NCBI GenBank assembly: GCA_963709405.1
Contig: CAVPXM010000030.1
Location: 160,001 to 224,000 of the forward strand
Length of the DNA: 64,000 nt
Direction of reading: 5' to 3'
DNA from: an uncultured Nitrososphaerales archaeon
GTDB taxonomy: Archaea > Thermoproteota > Nitrososphaeria > Nitrososphaerales > Nitrososphaeraceae
Shown here: piece after piece, positions 45,683 to 57,136 of the stretch
Numbering within the stretch: the first letter of the stretch is position 1
How the letters are laid out: every line of letters begins with the position of its first letter
Position numbers and translations under genes: made by a program
The notes under the pieces: model-generated
The model's input: the letters and a program-made list of their open reading frames with translations, nothing else
Database searches by the model: none
What the model was told of the DNA's origin: nothing

Positions 45683-46511
45683 TTGTCACATAAAAAGAGA
45701 TTCGATTTGAGTATCGAAGTAAATTACCTTGATTGGAATAACGCTCTTCCGATACTGAATAAGGCTCATGAAGCTGGTTTATTTTCAATAATCATTGGAC
45801 CGAAGGGAACTGGCAAGACAACACTTGTGAGGAAATTCGCATCACTAAACAAAAAGGATTTATATTCAGTAAATTTTAGCCTTCGAACTAGGGAGTCGCA
45901 TCTTGTTGGTACAAGTACCTATCGATAAAGGTGAAATTAGTTTTGTAGAAGGGATCCTCGTTAAATCTATGCGAAGTGGCGGACTGTTATACTTGGACGA
46001 GCTAAATGCTGCAGAAGCTGACGTGCTGCTGAGGCTTGATGAAGCGTTGGATGATAGAAGGCAGCTAGTATTAAAAGAAGCTGAAGGACAGACCATAAAT
46101 GCCGATCCTAATTGGTCGGTGGTGGCTACAATAAATCCATTATCACATGTAGGAACTAAAGAGCTTCCTCCTCAACTGCTTAGTAGATTCCCTGTTAGAC
46201 TCAGGTTAGAATATCCTCCAGAGGATGTTGAGCTAGAAATTGTCAAAAGACATGTTGACTTAGAAAACTCAAAGCTTGATGCAGTACGCAATGCTATTCG
46301 CCTTGCTAAGAATCTCCGCGAAGCGGCTGCAGTAGAGGAACTATATTACAGTCCAAGTTTAAGAGAGACTATCGCTTATTCAAAGATTCTGAAGAGCGGT
46401 CTTTCTGCAAGGGAATCTGCAGAAGTGGTATATGCCAATGCTTATGATCAATGGGGTCAAGTTGAGTATCGCAAAGTGATGGATATGATAACTTCGATAT
46501 TTGGAACCTGA
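45683..46511 (+). CDS. CbbQ/NirQ/NorQ-type MoxR AAA+ ATPase (frameshift near 45915)
   Basis: GPKGTGKT, LYLDELNAA, ATINP, KELPPQLLSRF, PSLRE. Confidence 0.88.
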
Positions 46512-46514
46512 ACC

Positions 46515-48110
46515 ATGTGTAGCCATTTAGAGAGAAGTCCTTCATTTTTAAAAATGCGGAGTGACGTCCTGATTGATATCGGTACTTTTTTGGCTAGGAG
46601 ATGGTCTGGACGAGCAAAGGTAGTCATAACGCTGAATCAAGACAAGATTCCGTTGGCAAAGCCTGAAAAGAATCAGATAGCCCTGCCCTTTCTAGAATAT
46701 TATCCTGGAACAGATTTCCAAAAATACAGGCAGTGGAGGGTAGCATTATGGTACGAATCTATGCGCATAGGTAAATCTACGAAGGTGCTTAGTTACGAAC
46801 ACGCATATGGATTTATACTCAATACTGTTGAAACTAAGCGTATAGAAATACTAGGTTTGAACCTTTGGTATGGAATGTTAAATGAGCTAATTTTTAATGA
46901 AGCTGTATCATGGGTAGGGAGACCACTCCTTAATTCCATGTACGGGCGTCATAAGATTATCGAAGCCTTTTCTCAATACTTTTCTACCGGTTATATCAAA
47001 GGAGAATTATTTGGTCGAGATTTTGAAAAGGTAAGACAAGCCGCAGAATATGCCAACAATATAGTACAGGAAGCGATAACATGTTCATATTCCACTGATT
47101 GGGTCGAGAAACACGTACCAGAGTTGATCAAGATACTAGAACTCAACCCTTTACTTACAATTCCAATTTCCGCTCTAAGAACCAAATTTGGTTTTTCGAT
47201 GGCACAAAGTGACATTTTAAAACAGGTTGAGAGGATCGTGAAAAAAAGAAATAAAGACGAAGATATTGCAAAGACTTCCAAACAGATTATTGAGGGAAAT
47301 GAAGTTCTAGGCGAGTTTGATACGCTCATCAAGGAAAGTAAAAAAACCGAAATCAAAGGTTATGAGAGTTTAGAGAATTTTGGTTTAAGTATTCCAGAAA
47401 AAATGGATATTGACGAGAGTTCTATGTATGACCCAATTCTTATCCAAAAGATAAAATCGAAATTTAGGGATTGGAAAACAGGGTGGATAGAAAGGCATGA
47501 TTATACAGGTGAAGAGTTTGATCAAGAAGTCTACATTGAAAGGCTTCCTAAACCTTTCTTAGCCGATTTCAAACTCTCAATTAAAACTAAAGTTGCTATT
47601 CTACTTGATCACTCTAGCAGTATACAAGACGTAGAGTTAAAATACAAGCAAGCTACGGTAGCGCTTTGCGAGGCACTTTCTTACTTAAATATTAAATTCG
47701 CTGTTTATGCATTCAGTACGGAGTCAAGACAGGTAAAATGTTGGGTAATAAAACCTCCTAACATAAAGTGGTCAACTATATGTGTACGTCGCCTGGCCCA
47801 AATTAAGGCAAGCGGCGGCACACCTCTGGCTGAAATTTATGCACTGCTTCAACCAATGATTAACTTGTTCAAACCTGATATACTAGTGACGCTAACTGAC
47901 GGCGAACCTTCGGATTTTGATGCAGTAAGATCTATGGTCTTATCCTATAAGGAATCTGGCATACACATGGTCGCTTTAGGACTTGGAAGGAACATTCTCG
48001 ATTCAATCAACGTGGGTCAAAACTTGAAATATCTAAATTATGAGAAGAGCTTGGCTGTCAGTAGACTAGAGGACATTCCGCAAAAAGTGTTAAGTCTACT
48101 TCGTCATTAA
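46515..48110 (+). CDS. vWA domain protein, CbbO/NorD-like
   Basis: C-terminal vWA: LLDHSSS, GGTPL, LTDGEP. Confidence 0.82.
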   Translation: MCSHLERSPSFLKMRSDVLIDIGTFLARRWSGRAKVVITLNQDKIPLAKPEKNQIALPFLEYYPGTDFQKYRQWRVALWYESMRIGKSTKVLSYEHAYGFILNTVETKRIEILGLNLWYGMLNELIFNEAVSWVGRPLLNSMYGRHKIIEAFSQYFSTGYIKGELFGRDFEKVRQAAEYANNIVQEAITCSYSTDWVEKHVPELIKILELNPLLTIPISALRTKFGFSMAQSDILKQVERIVKKRNKDEDIAKTSKQIIEGNEVLGEFDTLIKESKKTEIKGYESLENFGLSIPEKMDIDESSMYDPILIQKIKSKFRDWKTGWIERHDYTGEEFDQEVYIERLPKPFLADFKLSIKTKVAILLDHSSSIQDVELKYKQATVALCEALSYLNIKFAVYAFSTESRQVKCWVIKPPNIKWSTICVRRLAQIKASGGTPLAEIYALLQPMINLFKPDILVTLTDGEPSDFDAVRSMVLSYKESGIHMVALGLGRNILDSINVGQNLKYLNYEKSLAVSRLEDIPQKVLSLLRH

Positions 48111-48767
48111 TTATGCCAACAAATCTTTATCAATTTTCTTCCAATCAGACAGGAATGAATTAAGACCGATCTCAGTAAGGGGATGTTTCATCATCTTCCC
48201 TAAGATTTCCGGAGGGAGGGTCACCACATCTGCTCCAATCTTGGCTGCCTCGATGACATGTAGTGGATGTCTAATGCTTGCAACTAGTGTCTGAGTGTCA
48301 TATTGGTAATTTCTAAAGATCTGAACTCACTCTTTAACGAGGAGCATTCCCTCTTGTCCAATGTCATCAAGACGTCCGATGAATGGACTCACGTACGAAG
48401 CACCTGCCTTTGCCGCCAAAATTGCTTGATTAGCAGAGAATATCAGAGTTACGTTAGTAGGAATTCCTTCCTCTTTCAGTCTTCTTACAGCTATCAGACC
48501 GTCAGGTATCATAGGTATTTTAACAACAACATTTTTACCATATTTCACTAATCTGCGAGCCTCCAAAATCATCTCTTCTGACTTTGTTCCTATCACCTCT
48601 AGGCTGACTGGTCCTTTTATCAGGCCAACAATTTCACGCATAATTGCATCAGGATTTTGCTTTTCTTTATAAAGAAGGCTTGGATTTGTCGTGATCCCAT
48701 CTACAATTCCCATATCGTTAAAGGTCCTTATAGAAACTAAATTGGCTGTATCTAAAAATATCTTCAC
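48111..48767 (-). CDS. tal: Transaldolase (FSA/TalC type; frameshift near 48330)
   Basis: [29 protein letters not shown], then ASIRHPLHV in the next frame. Confidence 0.93.
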
Positions 48768-49738
48768 TTTCTAACTCCTCTCTTGGAATGAAGTACAGTC
48801 TCAACTATCTTCATTGCGCTTAGACCATACTTTTCAAATAAGCTGTCGATCTCGTCATCTCTTGCCGACTCTCCAAATGTGTCCAGTACTCCTAATCTCT
48901 TTACACTGACTGGATATACTTCGGCAGATACTTCTGTCACCGCTCCACCTAGGCCTCCCAAAATGTTGTGCTCTTCTATAGTAACAATTGTACCAGTCTC
49001 CCTCCCGCACTTCTCTATTAATTCTCTGTCGATTGGTTTAATAGAAAACATATCTACTACTCTGCAACGCAGACCGTGGGTGTATTCCAATACCTCGGCT
49101 CCCTCTAATGCCTTTACTACCATTAATCCGCATGCCATAATAGTTGCGTCATTCCCATCTCTTAGGATATTTCCTCTTCCAATCTCAAATGAAGCCTCTT
49201 CTTCTGTATATATTATCTTGCCGGATGGTCTTGCAAGCCGAATATAAAATGGCCCAGAAGTGTCAACTATCCTTCGCACGAGATGTCTAACTGCAGTTGC
49301 ATCCGCTGGTACAAGAACCCTCATATTGGGTATAGCTCTCATTGTTGAGATATCTTCGATCTGTTGGTGCGACGCCCCATCCGGTCCAACGGAAAGCCCG
49401 GCGTGAGAAACTACAAGCTTGACGTTAAGGTTAGGATAACATATAGCATTTCTAATCTGATCAAGGCATCGGCCAGGAAGAAAAGCTGCATACGTACTAG
49501 CAAACGCTATTTTACCTGTCATAGCTAGACCTGCTGCTATAGAGACTAGGTTTGCTTCAGCGATCCCAATGTTAAACATCCTTTCGGGAAATCTATCGCC
49601 AAATTTTTTTGTCTTGAGCGACTCAGTAGTGTCTGCACCCACGCAAACTAAGTTAGCATACTGAGCACCTAATTCGACGAGTGTTTGACCAAATGCCTCT
49701 CTCATGTCGGCTTCCTTTCTTTCGTTACTTAATAGCAT
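48764..49738 (-). CDS. Transketolase C-terminal subunit
   Basis: NIGIAEAN, GPDGASHQ, IEEHNILGGLG. Confidence 0.93.
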   Translation of the reverse strand: MLLSNERKEADMREAFGQTLVELGAQYANLVCVGADTTESLKTKKFGDRFPERMFNIGIAEANLVSIAAGLAMTGKIAFASTYAAFLPGRCLDQIRNAICYPNLNVKLVVSHAGLSVGPDGASHQQIEDISTMRAIPNMRVLVPADATAVRHLVRRIVDTSGPFYIRLARPSGKIIYTEEEASFEIGRGNILRDGNDATIMACGLMVVKALEGAEVLEYTHGLRCRVVDMFSIKPIDRELIEKCGRETGTIVTIEEHNILGGLGGAVTEVSAEVYPVSVKRLGVLDTFGESARDDEIDSLFEKYGLSAMKIVETVLHSKRGVRK

Positions 49739-51353
49739 GGAGCTCCTCCTCTATTCCTAACTCACTTGCAAAAGGAATCAATATATGTTTACGTGCCTTC
49801 AACCAATCGGTTCTAGTTCCTATTTGACTTGCATTTTCCAGTAGTGTCTTTTCTAAAACGACATTCGCTGTATGTTTTAACTGAATGATCGCACCGTTAA
49901 TATCTGAGCTACCGTATACTGCGTTACCTGCAACCATTATTCTGGCTCCGGCGGCATAAACTTGTTGAAGCGTTGTGGCGTCGATTCCTCCATCCGCTTC
50001 TAGATACCCAACAAAATCATGTTCGCGAAGCTTTCGACTTATTGTCATCATCTTGGGTAACACCTCAGGTATGAATTTCTGACCAGCGGAGCCAGGATTT
50101 ACCGACATTACGATTATCACATCTATTTCTGAGAGGTGGTGATATAACCAGCCGGGAATATTCTTTGATGGGTTAATTGCAATACCTGGACTAATGCCAT
50201 TCTTGAGTAATTTGGATGTAATCACTGAAAACGAATCTTCGGTGCAAGTTTCAGCGTGAACGGTAACAATGTCGCAACGAGCATCTATGTATTCTTGAAT
50301 ATGTTCAAGCGGGTCTTCGATCATGAGATGAACATCAAACGGTAAGGTAGTAAGTGGCCTTAGTTTTCGAATGGTATCTGCAAAGAATGTGACGTTGGGT
50401 ACAAAGTTACCATCCATCACATCTAGGTGAATCATGTCTGCGCCGGAACGCTCGGCGATTCTAATTTTTTCTTCATAGTTTTCACGCTGACCAGCAATGA
50501 TGGATGGAGCGATCAGAAATTCACTTTGTAGCTCTTGGAGGAGAATAGGGATGTGCTTCTTCGGAGGCGCCTTCCCATGCCATTGTGGATTGTTTGTCAT
50601 ATGTTTAATTCCATAGCCCTTAACGGTATTGGCGATAATGATAGTAGGCTTATCTTTAACTTCATAGGCCTTGTTGATAGCTTCGATCAGTTGTTCAACT
50701 TTGTGTCCGTTTATCTCTACAACATTCCAATTGAATGCTAACCATTTGTCACGAACGGGGTCAAGTGGCATTATATCTTCAGTAAATCCATCTTGTTGTA
50801 TTCTATTACGATCAAGAATAGCTGTGATGTTGTCTAGCTTGAACTTGGATGCAGCCATAGCTGCTTCCCATACCTGACCCTCGTTTGATTCTCCATCGCC
50901 AATGAGAGTGAATATGTGATTTTCTTTTCCATCAAGTCTTGTGGCTAAGGCGATCCCCAAAGAGACGGACAGGCCAATACCCTCAGAACCACCAGAGTAC
51001 TCAGTACCTGGCACACTGTATTTTTCTTGTTCTTTTGAATATCTTACAGGATGACCTTGTAACCTGGCACCAAGCTTACGCAAGGTATCCATCTCACTAA
51101 TAGGAAAATATCCCGCTACGGCAAGAGTTGCAAAGAACCCTGGAGCAGAATGAGCTTTAGAATTTACAAAATAGTCTCTTTCATGCCAGTGCGGTTTTAA
51201 TGGATCATGTTTCATTTTTCTAAAATAAAGTCCACCCATGATTTCAGCCGCGGAAAATGACGCGCCAGGATGGCCAGATCCAGCTTCTGCTATGCCTCGG
51301 ATAGCCAACATGCGGACACTTCTGATCTGCTGCTTTAGATTAAGATAACGCAT
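49725..51353 (-). CDS. Transketolase N-terminal subunit fused to ribulose-phosphate 3-epimerase
   Basis: GSGHPG, LQGHP, GDGESNEG (ThDP), WHGKAP, then IAPSI, HLDVMDGNFVPN, DVHLM, MSVNPG, ADGGI in one frame; start could be 51407. Confidence 0.92.
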   Translation of the reverse strand: MRYLNLKQQIRSVRMLAIRGIAEAGSGHPGASFSAAEIMGGLYFRKMKHDPLKPHWHERDYFVNSKAHSAPGFFATLAVAGYFPISEMDTLRKLGARLQGHPVRYSKEQEKYSVPGTEYSGGSEGIGLSVSLGIALATRLDGKENHIFTLIGDGESNEGQVWEAAMAASKFKLDNITAILDRNRIQQDGFTEDIMPLDPVRDKWLAFNWNVVEINGHKVEQLIEAINKAYEVKDKPTIIIANTVKGYGIKHMTNNPQWHGKAPPKKHIPILLQELQSEFLIAPSIIAGQRENYEEKIRIAERSGADMIHLDVMDGNFVPNVTFFADTIRKLRPLTTLPFDVHLMIEDPLEHIQEYIDARCDIVTVHAETCTEDSFSVITSKLLKNGISPGIAINPSKNIPGWLYHHLSEIDVIIVMSVNPGSAGQKFIPEVLPKMMTISRKLREHDFVGYLEADGGIDATTLQQVYAAGARIMVAGNAVYGSSDINGAIIQLKHTANVVLEKTLLENASQIGTRTDWLKARKHILIPFASELGIEEELHAIK

Positions 51354-51602
51354 TTTTAGACCCATTGCAAAACACAACCGCCTAGCATTTTCTTGGAAAT
51401 CATACATTGAAATGCCGCAATATGAAAGATAAAAAGATATGGCTCAACAGTGCCAGTATCACCTAGATTCATTAGAATCTCAGAAAGAAGCTTCCATAGA
51501 AGCCAGATCCAATACTGTCAATGTATATTTTTCCACAATGGAATTTCGTTAAATGCTATGATGGAATAGTTTAAAATAAAGTATACAAACAAACAAGATC
51601 TT

Positions 51603-53100
51603 ATGATCCGAATCAAACTAGAAAAAGTCAAGGCGGGTATAAAACAAACTCAACTTTTGGCTCTAGGCGTTTTTGAAGGAGAACCAGACTTCCACTTCAA
51701 AGGATTGGAGAATAATTCGTCGTCTGCAATCAAGGAAATAGTCGGAAATGGTGAATTCACCGGTAGCTTCGGGTCTAGCTATTTGTTACCTACCTTTGGA
51801 AAGGTGGCCGCCAAAAGGATTATGCTGATCGGGCTGGGCAAGAAAGAAAAGTATACAAACGAACATGCAAGAATTATTGCGGGAAAAATATCCCTTAAGG
51901 TTCAAGAACTTGGATTGAAAGAGTTTAGTCTCGTCCCTTTCTCCATCTTGGATGACGGCCTCACCGAAGCAATTTTCGAAGGAATTTCACTGTCTGTATA
52001 CAAATTTAATAAATATAAATCAGCCCCAGGTGAGCTGACGTGAACTGAACGAAGTAACAATTTTAGTAGATTCGGATGATTCAGACATGCAATCCGTCTT
52101 GGATAAATCAAGTCAGATAGTTGAGGCAGTGAACTTTTCACGCGACCTGTGTAACCTTCCCCCCAATGAGTGTCCTCCAGCGGAATTGGCAAGGGTAGCT
52201 ATGGCATTGGCAAATGAATACAACTTAAAAATAAGAGTCATAGAGCGCTATGAAATGGAATCGTTGGGCCTAAATGGTATTGTATCTGTTGGGAAGGGAA
52301 GTAATAATCAGTCAAAACTTATTATTGTGGAATATCAAGGTGCATCAGACAATCAAAAGCCATATCTTCTCGTAGGCAAAGCAGTCACTTTCGATACTGG
52401 TGGGATATCCTTGAAACCGGGTGACAAGATGGATGAGATGAAATTTGATAAATGTGGGGGCTGCAGCGTATTAGCAGTTATTAAGGCTGCCGCATCTTTG
52501 CGTCTACCTTTAAACGTCGTAGCCTTAATACCGTCAGTTGAAAATATGCCATCTGGTAGTTCGTACAGACCTGGAGACATAATCAAGATGTATAATGGGA
52601 AAACCGTGGAAGTCGCCAATACTGATGCTGAAGGGAGAATTATCTTGGCCGACAGCTTAGCATTTGGAGTAAAAACATACGATCCTAAGGCCGTTATTGA
52701 TATGGCGACCTTAACTGGAGCTGCAATAATCGCATTGGGAGCAAACGTTGCAGCAGCAATCGGCAATAATACATCTCTCATGGATAAATTGAACAAGGCT
52801 TCTGAGAAGACTGGTGAAAAATTATGGGAGCTGCCACTATATGAAGAATTTCATGATCAAATTAAAAGTCACGTAGCCGACATTAGGAATCTAGGTGGAA
52901 GACAAGGAGGGGCAATTACAGCTCCGGCATTTCTTGCTAATTTTGTGGGCGATAGACCCTGGGTTCACTTAGACATAGCAGGAACCGCCTGGACACAGGA
53001 CGGAACCTACGAAAAAAGCTATAATCCTAAAGGTGCTACCGGTTATGGAGTTAGAACTCTGATAAGACTTTTACAAGACAATGGAAGATCCAAAGAATAA
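51603..53100 (+). CDS. pepA: Leucyl aminopeptidase M17 (frameshift near 52035)
   Basis: VGKAVTFDTGGISLKP, MKFDK, NTDAEGR, HLDIAG. Confidence 0.94.
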
Positions 53101-53393
53101 TCAACTAATAATAGAAGAATTTACATAAAATTGCAATTATTTTTGCACAACCTAAAATCTACGCTAAGGTGGAATCATACGGTCCACTACGGGAGACGCC
53201 TTGATAATTCATATTGGAAAAGTCCAATGGATTTGTAATTACTAGACCAAACGACAGTAGAGTTATGGGATGCAGATTCGTCCCCCCAAAGCCCTGCTGA
53301 ATCATAAAGTTAGATTAGAGTATACCTTTATTATCTAGCTGCATACCAAATTACGTTGTAATCCCTGGGTGATCTGAATTTCCATTATTTTCA

Positions 53394-53948
53394 ATGGATG
53401 GCCTTGTACTGGAATTGACAGAGTTAGGCGTCATTTGCAGAGTGGGTGATATTGAACGTGACATCGCCATTGAAAGGCGGCCTTACTTCGATAGATGGTT
53501 GTCAAATAGGGATGGTTTTATTAAACTTAGGGCTGCGAATATTGACTACATTGGAGTAGAAGAGGTGATGCGAATGGGAGCATTCTTTGATGTATATTGT
53601 CTGATTGAAAACCAATTCGTCAGCGAAAATGATGATAATTCCTATACTCTCTTTCAAGCCAGCCCATTCTTCACTTTGCGAAATGGTATTTTAGAAACGA
53701 TGGGATGGAGCGGAGGAGTACTTGCAGGCATTCTTTCAAAAGACGGAATATTAAATGAATTTTTTCGAAAAAGCATCATGGAAGAGCAGACACGAAGGAT
53801 TTCTGTTAGGGTAGCTAATCTTGCATGTATTATTCAGACTCGTATTTGGGAATATCATGATCTGGCATCCATTTACAGTATTTTAGATAGGATAGCCTTG
53901 AATATCAGAACCCTAACTGAGCAAATCCATCTTGGCGAGAATATCTAA
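53394..53948 (+). CDS. Hypothetical protein
   Basis: 184-aa ATG ORF, no recognised motif. Confidence 0.6.
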   Translation: MDGLVLELTELGVICRVGDIERDIAIERRPYFDRWLSNRDGFIKLRAANIDYIGVEEVMRMGAFFDVYCLIENQFVSENDDNSYTLFQASPFFTLRNGILETMGWSGGVLAGILSKDGILNEFFRKSIMEEQTRRISVRVANLACIIQTRIWEYHDLASIYSILDRIALNIRTLTEQIHLGENI

Positions 53949-54065
53949 TTCGACAAAAGACCTAGTATTCCTAACGCTGTCTATATCTAGATTCCAACAC
54001 TTTTAATGCAATGATATCAATCATCATCAACTCGAACAGAAAGCTATTCAACCTTAAAGTTATAG

Positions 54066-54182
54066 ATGCCAGCACTGCTGATTCCCAACCGCTCACGCAG
54101 GTAAGTAACACAGCAGCGACAATAGGTTTGACTTCCGGGTTCGGAATGGGTCCGGGTCGCACCCTCTTGCTATGGCCGGCTT
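54066..54182 (-). rRNA. rrf: 5S rRNA
   Basis: GCCGGCCATAGC...ACCCGGACCCATTCCGAACCCGGAAGTCAAACC...GCTGGC with a closing terminal stem. Confidence 0.95.
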
Positions 54183-54462
54183 AATGTAAGTGAGAACAAA
54201 GGGCAATTTAACCTTATAGCTTGCAATGTAGGCTAAGAGAGTTGAAATTTTACTTTAAAAATCTGCTTAGTATAGCTAAATCGTGAAGATTAGTCCAGTC
54301 ATCATCATTCTACATCGTAAATTATTTATTGATAACTTTCAAATTTCAATGGAATTATGTGAATAGTGACATGCCAAGCTATGATATTTATTGTGTTCAT
54401 CAGTACGATAAACAAATATGTGTTCAGAACGCATATAATGTACAAATGTGCAATTAGCATAA

Positions 54463-56271
54463 TTGGGAGATTTAAAATCATCTACGCACAGGATAGCTGT
54501 CCTTGATCAAGAATTATGCCAGCCAAAGAAGTGTGGCCTAGAATGCATAATCTATTGTCCAGTGAACAAGACTGGGGGAGAATGTATAATACAGAACTCA
54601 GAAGATGGCAAGGCAGTTATTTCAGAAGAGTTGTGTACAGGTTGTGGTATTTGTATTAAAAAATGTCCGTTTGATGCGATAGTAATTGTTAATCTTGCAA
54701 AGGAATTGGGCGAAGACAAGATCCATCAGTTTGGTATAAATACATTTAGGCTTTACCGTCTCCCTTCGTTAAGGAATGGTTCAGTCGTAGGTCTTCTAGG
54801 AAGGAACGGAATGGGAAAGACGACGATCGTAGATATTCTGGCTGGGAACACGAAACCAAATTTTGGACTATACGATGAGAATATCAGCTGGGACGAAGTG
54901 ATAAAAAAATTTCAAGGGACTGAATTGAAATCTCATTTCGAAAAAATTGCCAATGGCGAATTACTTGTCTCCATTAAACCACAGCATGTATATATGATTC
55001 CAAAGGCTTTCAAAGGAACAGCAAGAAATCTTCTACAAAGATATAATGAACGCAACGTCCTTGACAAACTAGTCTTTGATCTAGATTTGAAATATGCCCT
55101 CGATCGAAACGTTGCTGATCTAAGCGGAGGAGAATTGCAGAGACTAGCCGTGGCAATAGCCGCTAGTAAGGAATCTGACTACTACTTCTTTGATGAGCCC
55201 TCTTCTTACAATGATGTTTATCAGCGTCTTGCTGTGGCAAGAGTCATACGAGACCTTGCAAATTCAGGTAAGAGTGTTATGGTAGTCGAACATGATATTA
55301 CATTGCTGGACTATCTTTCTGATTATATTCATATTCTTTATGGAGAGCCAGGTGCTTATGGCATCACTTCAGTGCTTCAAAGCACAAAAATGGGTATTAA
55401 TAACTTCCTAGATGGCTTCCTGCCAAGTGAAAATGTGAGGTTTAGACAAAAAGCATTCAGATTCGAAACAACGAGTACAACTGATGATATGATGCTTGAT
55501 CTACCTGTTGCACGCTATTCAAGCCTAACCAAAACCTTCCCTTCATTTAATTTGAAAATCTCTGACGGGCAAGTCAGAAAAGGTGAAGTTGTTGGAGTTG
55601 TAGGTGCTAACGCATTGGGTAAAACTACGTTCATGAGGATGTTAGCAGGAGTCGATAAACCCGACTCTGGTAGTTTGGAGATTAGTGCAAAGGTGTCTTA
55701 TAAACCACAATATCTAAATCAAGAATATGATGGGTCAGTAAGATCGATACTTTCAGCAGCATATGATAATCTGATAGAGGGATCTCTTATTGAGGAACAA
55801 ATTCTGAGTCCTTTGGGACTAAAGAAGCTGTATGAAAAGACTGTGAGGAACCTTAGCGGTGGAGAATTGCAGAAGGTGGCTGTTGCTTCTTGCCTTATAA
55901 GAAAAGCTGATATCTATGCTCTTGACGAACCTTCTGCATTCTTAGATGCTGAGGATAGAATTGCACTAGCAAAATTCATTCAGCGCTTCGTTAGAGCGAA
56001 TGATAAGTCTGCAATAATAATCGATCATGATGTTCAACTAATCGATCTGATGGCAGATTCATTAATCATATTTGAAGGTATACCAGGACTCAGCGGTAAT
56101 GCTAGTCAATCGTTATCTAAAGAAGTAGGAATGAACAGATTTCTCAGGAACTTGTCAATAACTTACCGAAGGGATGAAACCACAGGCAGGCCTAGGGTTA
56201 ATAAAGACGAGAGTAGACTAGATAGATCTCAAAAGGAATCCGGCAATTATTATTATATAAAGAATAGATAG
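54463..56271 (+). CDS. Ribosome recycling ATPase ABCE1/RLI
   Basis: N-terminal 2x[4Fe-4S] cysteines, two ABC domains (LSGGELQ), RRDETTGRPRVNK. Confidence 0.96.
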   Translation: MGDLKSSTHRIAVLDQELCQPKKCGLECIIYCPVNKTGGECIIQNSEDGKAVISEELCTGCGICIKKCPFDAIVIVNLAKELGEDKIHQFGINTFRLYRLPSLRNGSVVGLLGRNGMGKTTIVDILAGNTKPNFGLYDENISWDEVIKKFQGTELKSHFEKIANGELLVSIKPQHVYMIPKAFKGTARNLLQRYNERNVLDKLVFDLDLKYALDRNVADLSGGELQRLAVAIAASKESDYYFFDEPSSYNDVYQRLAVARVIRDLANSGKSVMVVEHDITLLDYLSDYIHILYGEPGAYGITSVLQSTKMGINNFLDGFLPSENVRFRQKAFRFETTSTTDDMMLDLPVARYSSLTKTFPSFNLKISDGQVRKGEVVGVVGANALGKTTFMRMLAGVDKPDSGSLEISAKVSYKPQYLNQEYDGSVRSILSAAYDNLIEGSLIEEQILSPLGLKKLYEKTVRNLSGGELQKVAVASCLIRKADIYALDEPSAFLDAEDRIALAKFIQRFVRANDKSAIIIDHDVQLIDLMADSLIIFEGIPGLSGNASQSLSKEVGMNRFLRNLSITYRRDETTGRPRVNKDESRLDRSQKESGNYYYIKNR

Positions 56272-56287
56272 GTATTACTATAGTACG

Positions 56288-57133
56288 ATGGCTCGGATGC
56301 TAAAGACTGTCCTTAGCGAGACTCTATCAGCAGAGGAGACAGCTAATCTGTATTCTTCGTTTGATATAATTGGAAATGTTGTAATCATAAAAATATCGGA
56401 AGCTCTAGCCACAAAAAAGAATTTGATCGGAGAGAGTATATTAGAAGAAATTAAATCTGTGAAATCTGTATTTGCACAGGTATCTTCTGTTAAAGGAGAT
56501 TATCGACTACGAGATCTGGAGCATATTGCAGGAGAAAACAATACTTTAGTGGAGTATAGGGAGCACGGATGCAGATTCAGAGTCGATCTTATCAACACTT
56601 ACTTTTCACCGAGGTTATCTACAGAAAGATTGAGAATCGCTAATCTGACGTCAGACAACGAGATCATCACGAACATGTTTGCAGGTGTGGGAACATTTTC
56701 CATTATTACAGCAAAAATGCATAGTCACTGCAAGGTCTTTAATATTGACATAAATCCGGTGGCTATAGAGCTGAGTATGTCTAACTCCAAGTTGAATGGA
56801 GTAGAGTCGCAAGTAATCCCAATCTTGGGTGATGCAAAAGACGTTATAACAAGAGATATCCGATCTCAAGCAGATCGAGTATTAATGCCACTTCCAGAGA
56901 AGGCAAATGAGTATGTAGACTGGGCTGTACGAGCTCTTAAAGACCGCGGAGGCATAATACATTATTTTGCGCATATCAAAGCGCTTGGAAAAAAATATGC
57001 CTTAGAGCAAAGTTTCCTAGACGCCAAGGCCGCATTTTCGAATTACGATATCGAAGTTCGATTTAGCAGAGTCGTTAGAGAGGTAGGACCCAGATTGTAT
57101 CAAGTTGTCACAGATGTTTACGTTCGCAAATAG
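56288..57133 (+). CDS. Trm5/Tyw2 (Met-10+) tRNA-modifying SAM-dependent transferase
   Basis: YFSPRLSTER, NMFAGVGTF, DINP, DRVLMPLP. Confidence 0.88.
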   Translation: MARMLKTVLSETLSAEETANLYSSFDIIGNVVIIKISEALATKKNLIGESILEEIKSVKSVFAQVSSVKGDYRLRDLEHIAGENNTLVEYREHGCRFRVDLINTYFSPRLSTERLRIANLTSDNEIITNMFAGVGTFSIITAKMHSHCKVFNIDINPVAIELSMSNSKLNGVESQVIPILGDAKDVITRDIRSQADRVLMPLPEKANEYVDWAVRALKDRGGIIHYFAHIKALGKKYALEQSFLDAKAAFSNYDIEVRFSRVVREVGPRLYQVVTDVYVRK

Positions 57134-57136
57134 GAC

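Noticed and set aside
53165-53305. 46-aa minus-strand ORF between pepA and the hypothetical gene
   Set aside because: No motif or convincing promoter; cannot be supported from sequence alone
53971-54162. 63-aa ORF
   Set aside because: Overlaps the 5S rRNA; spurious
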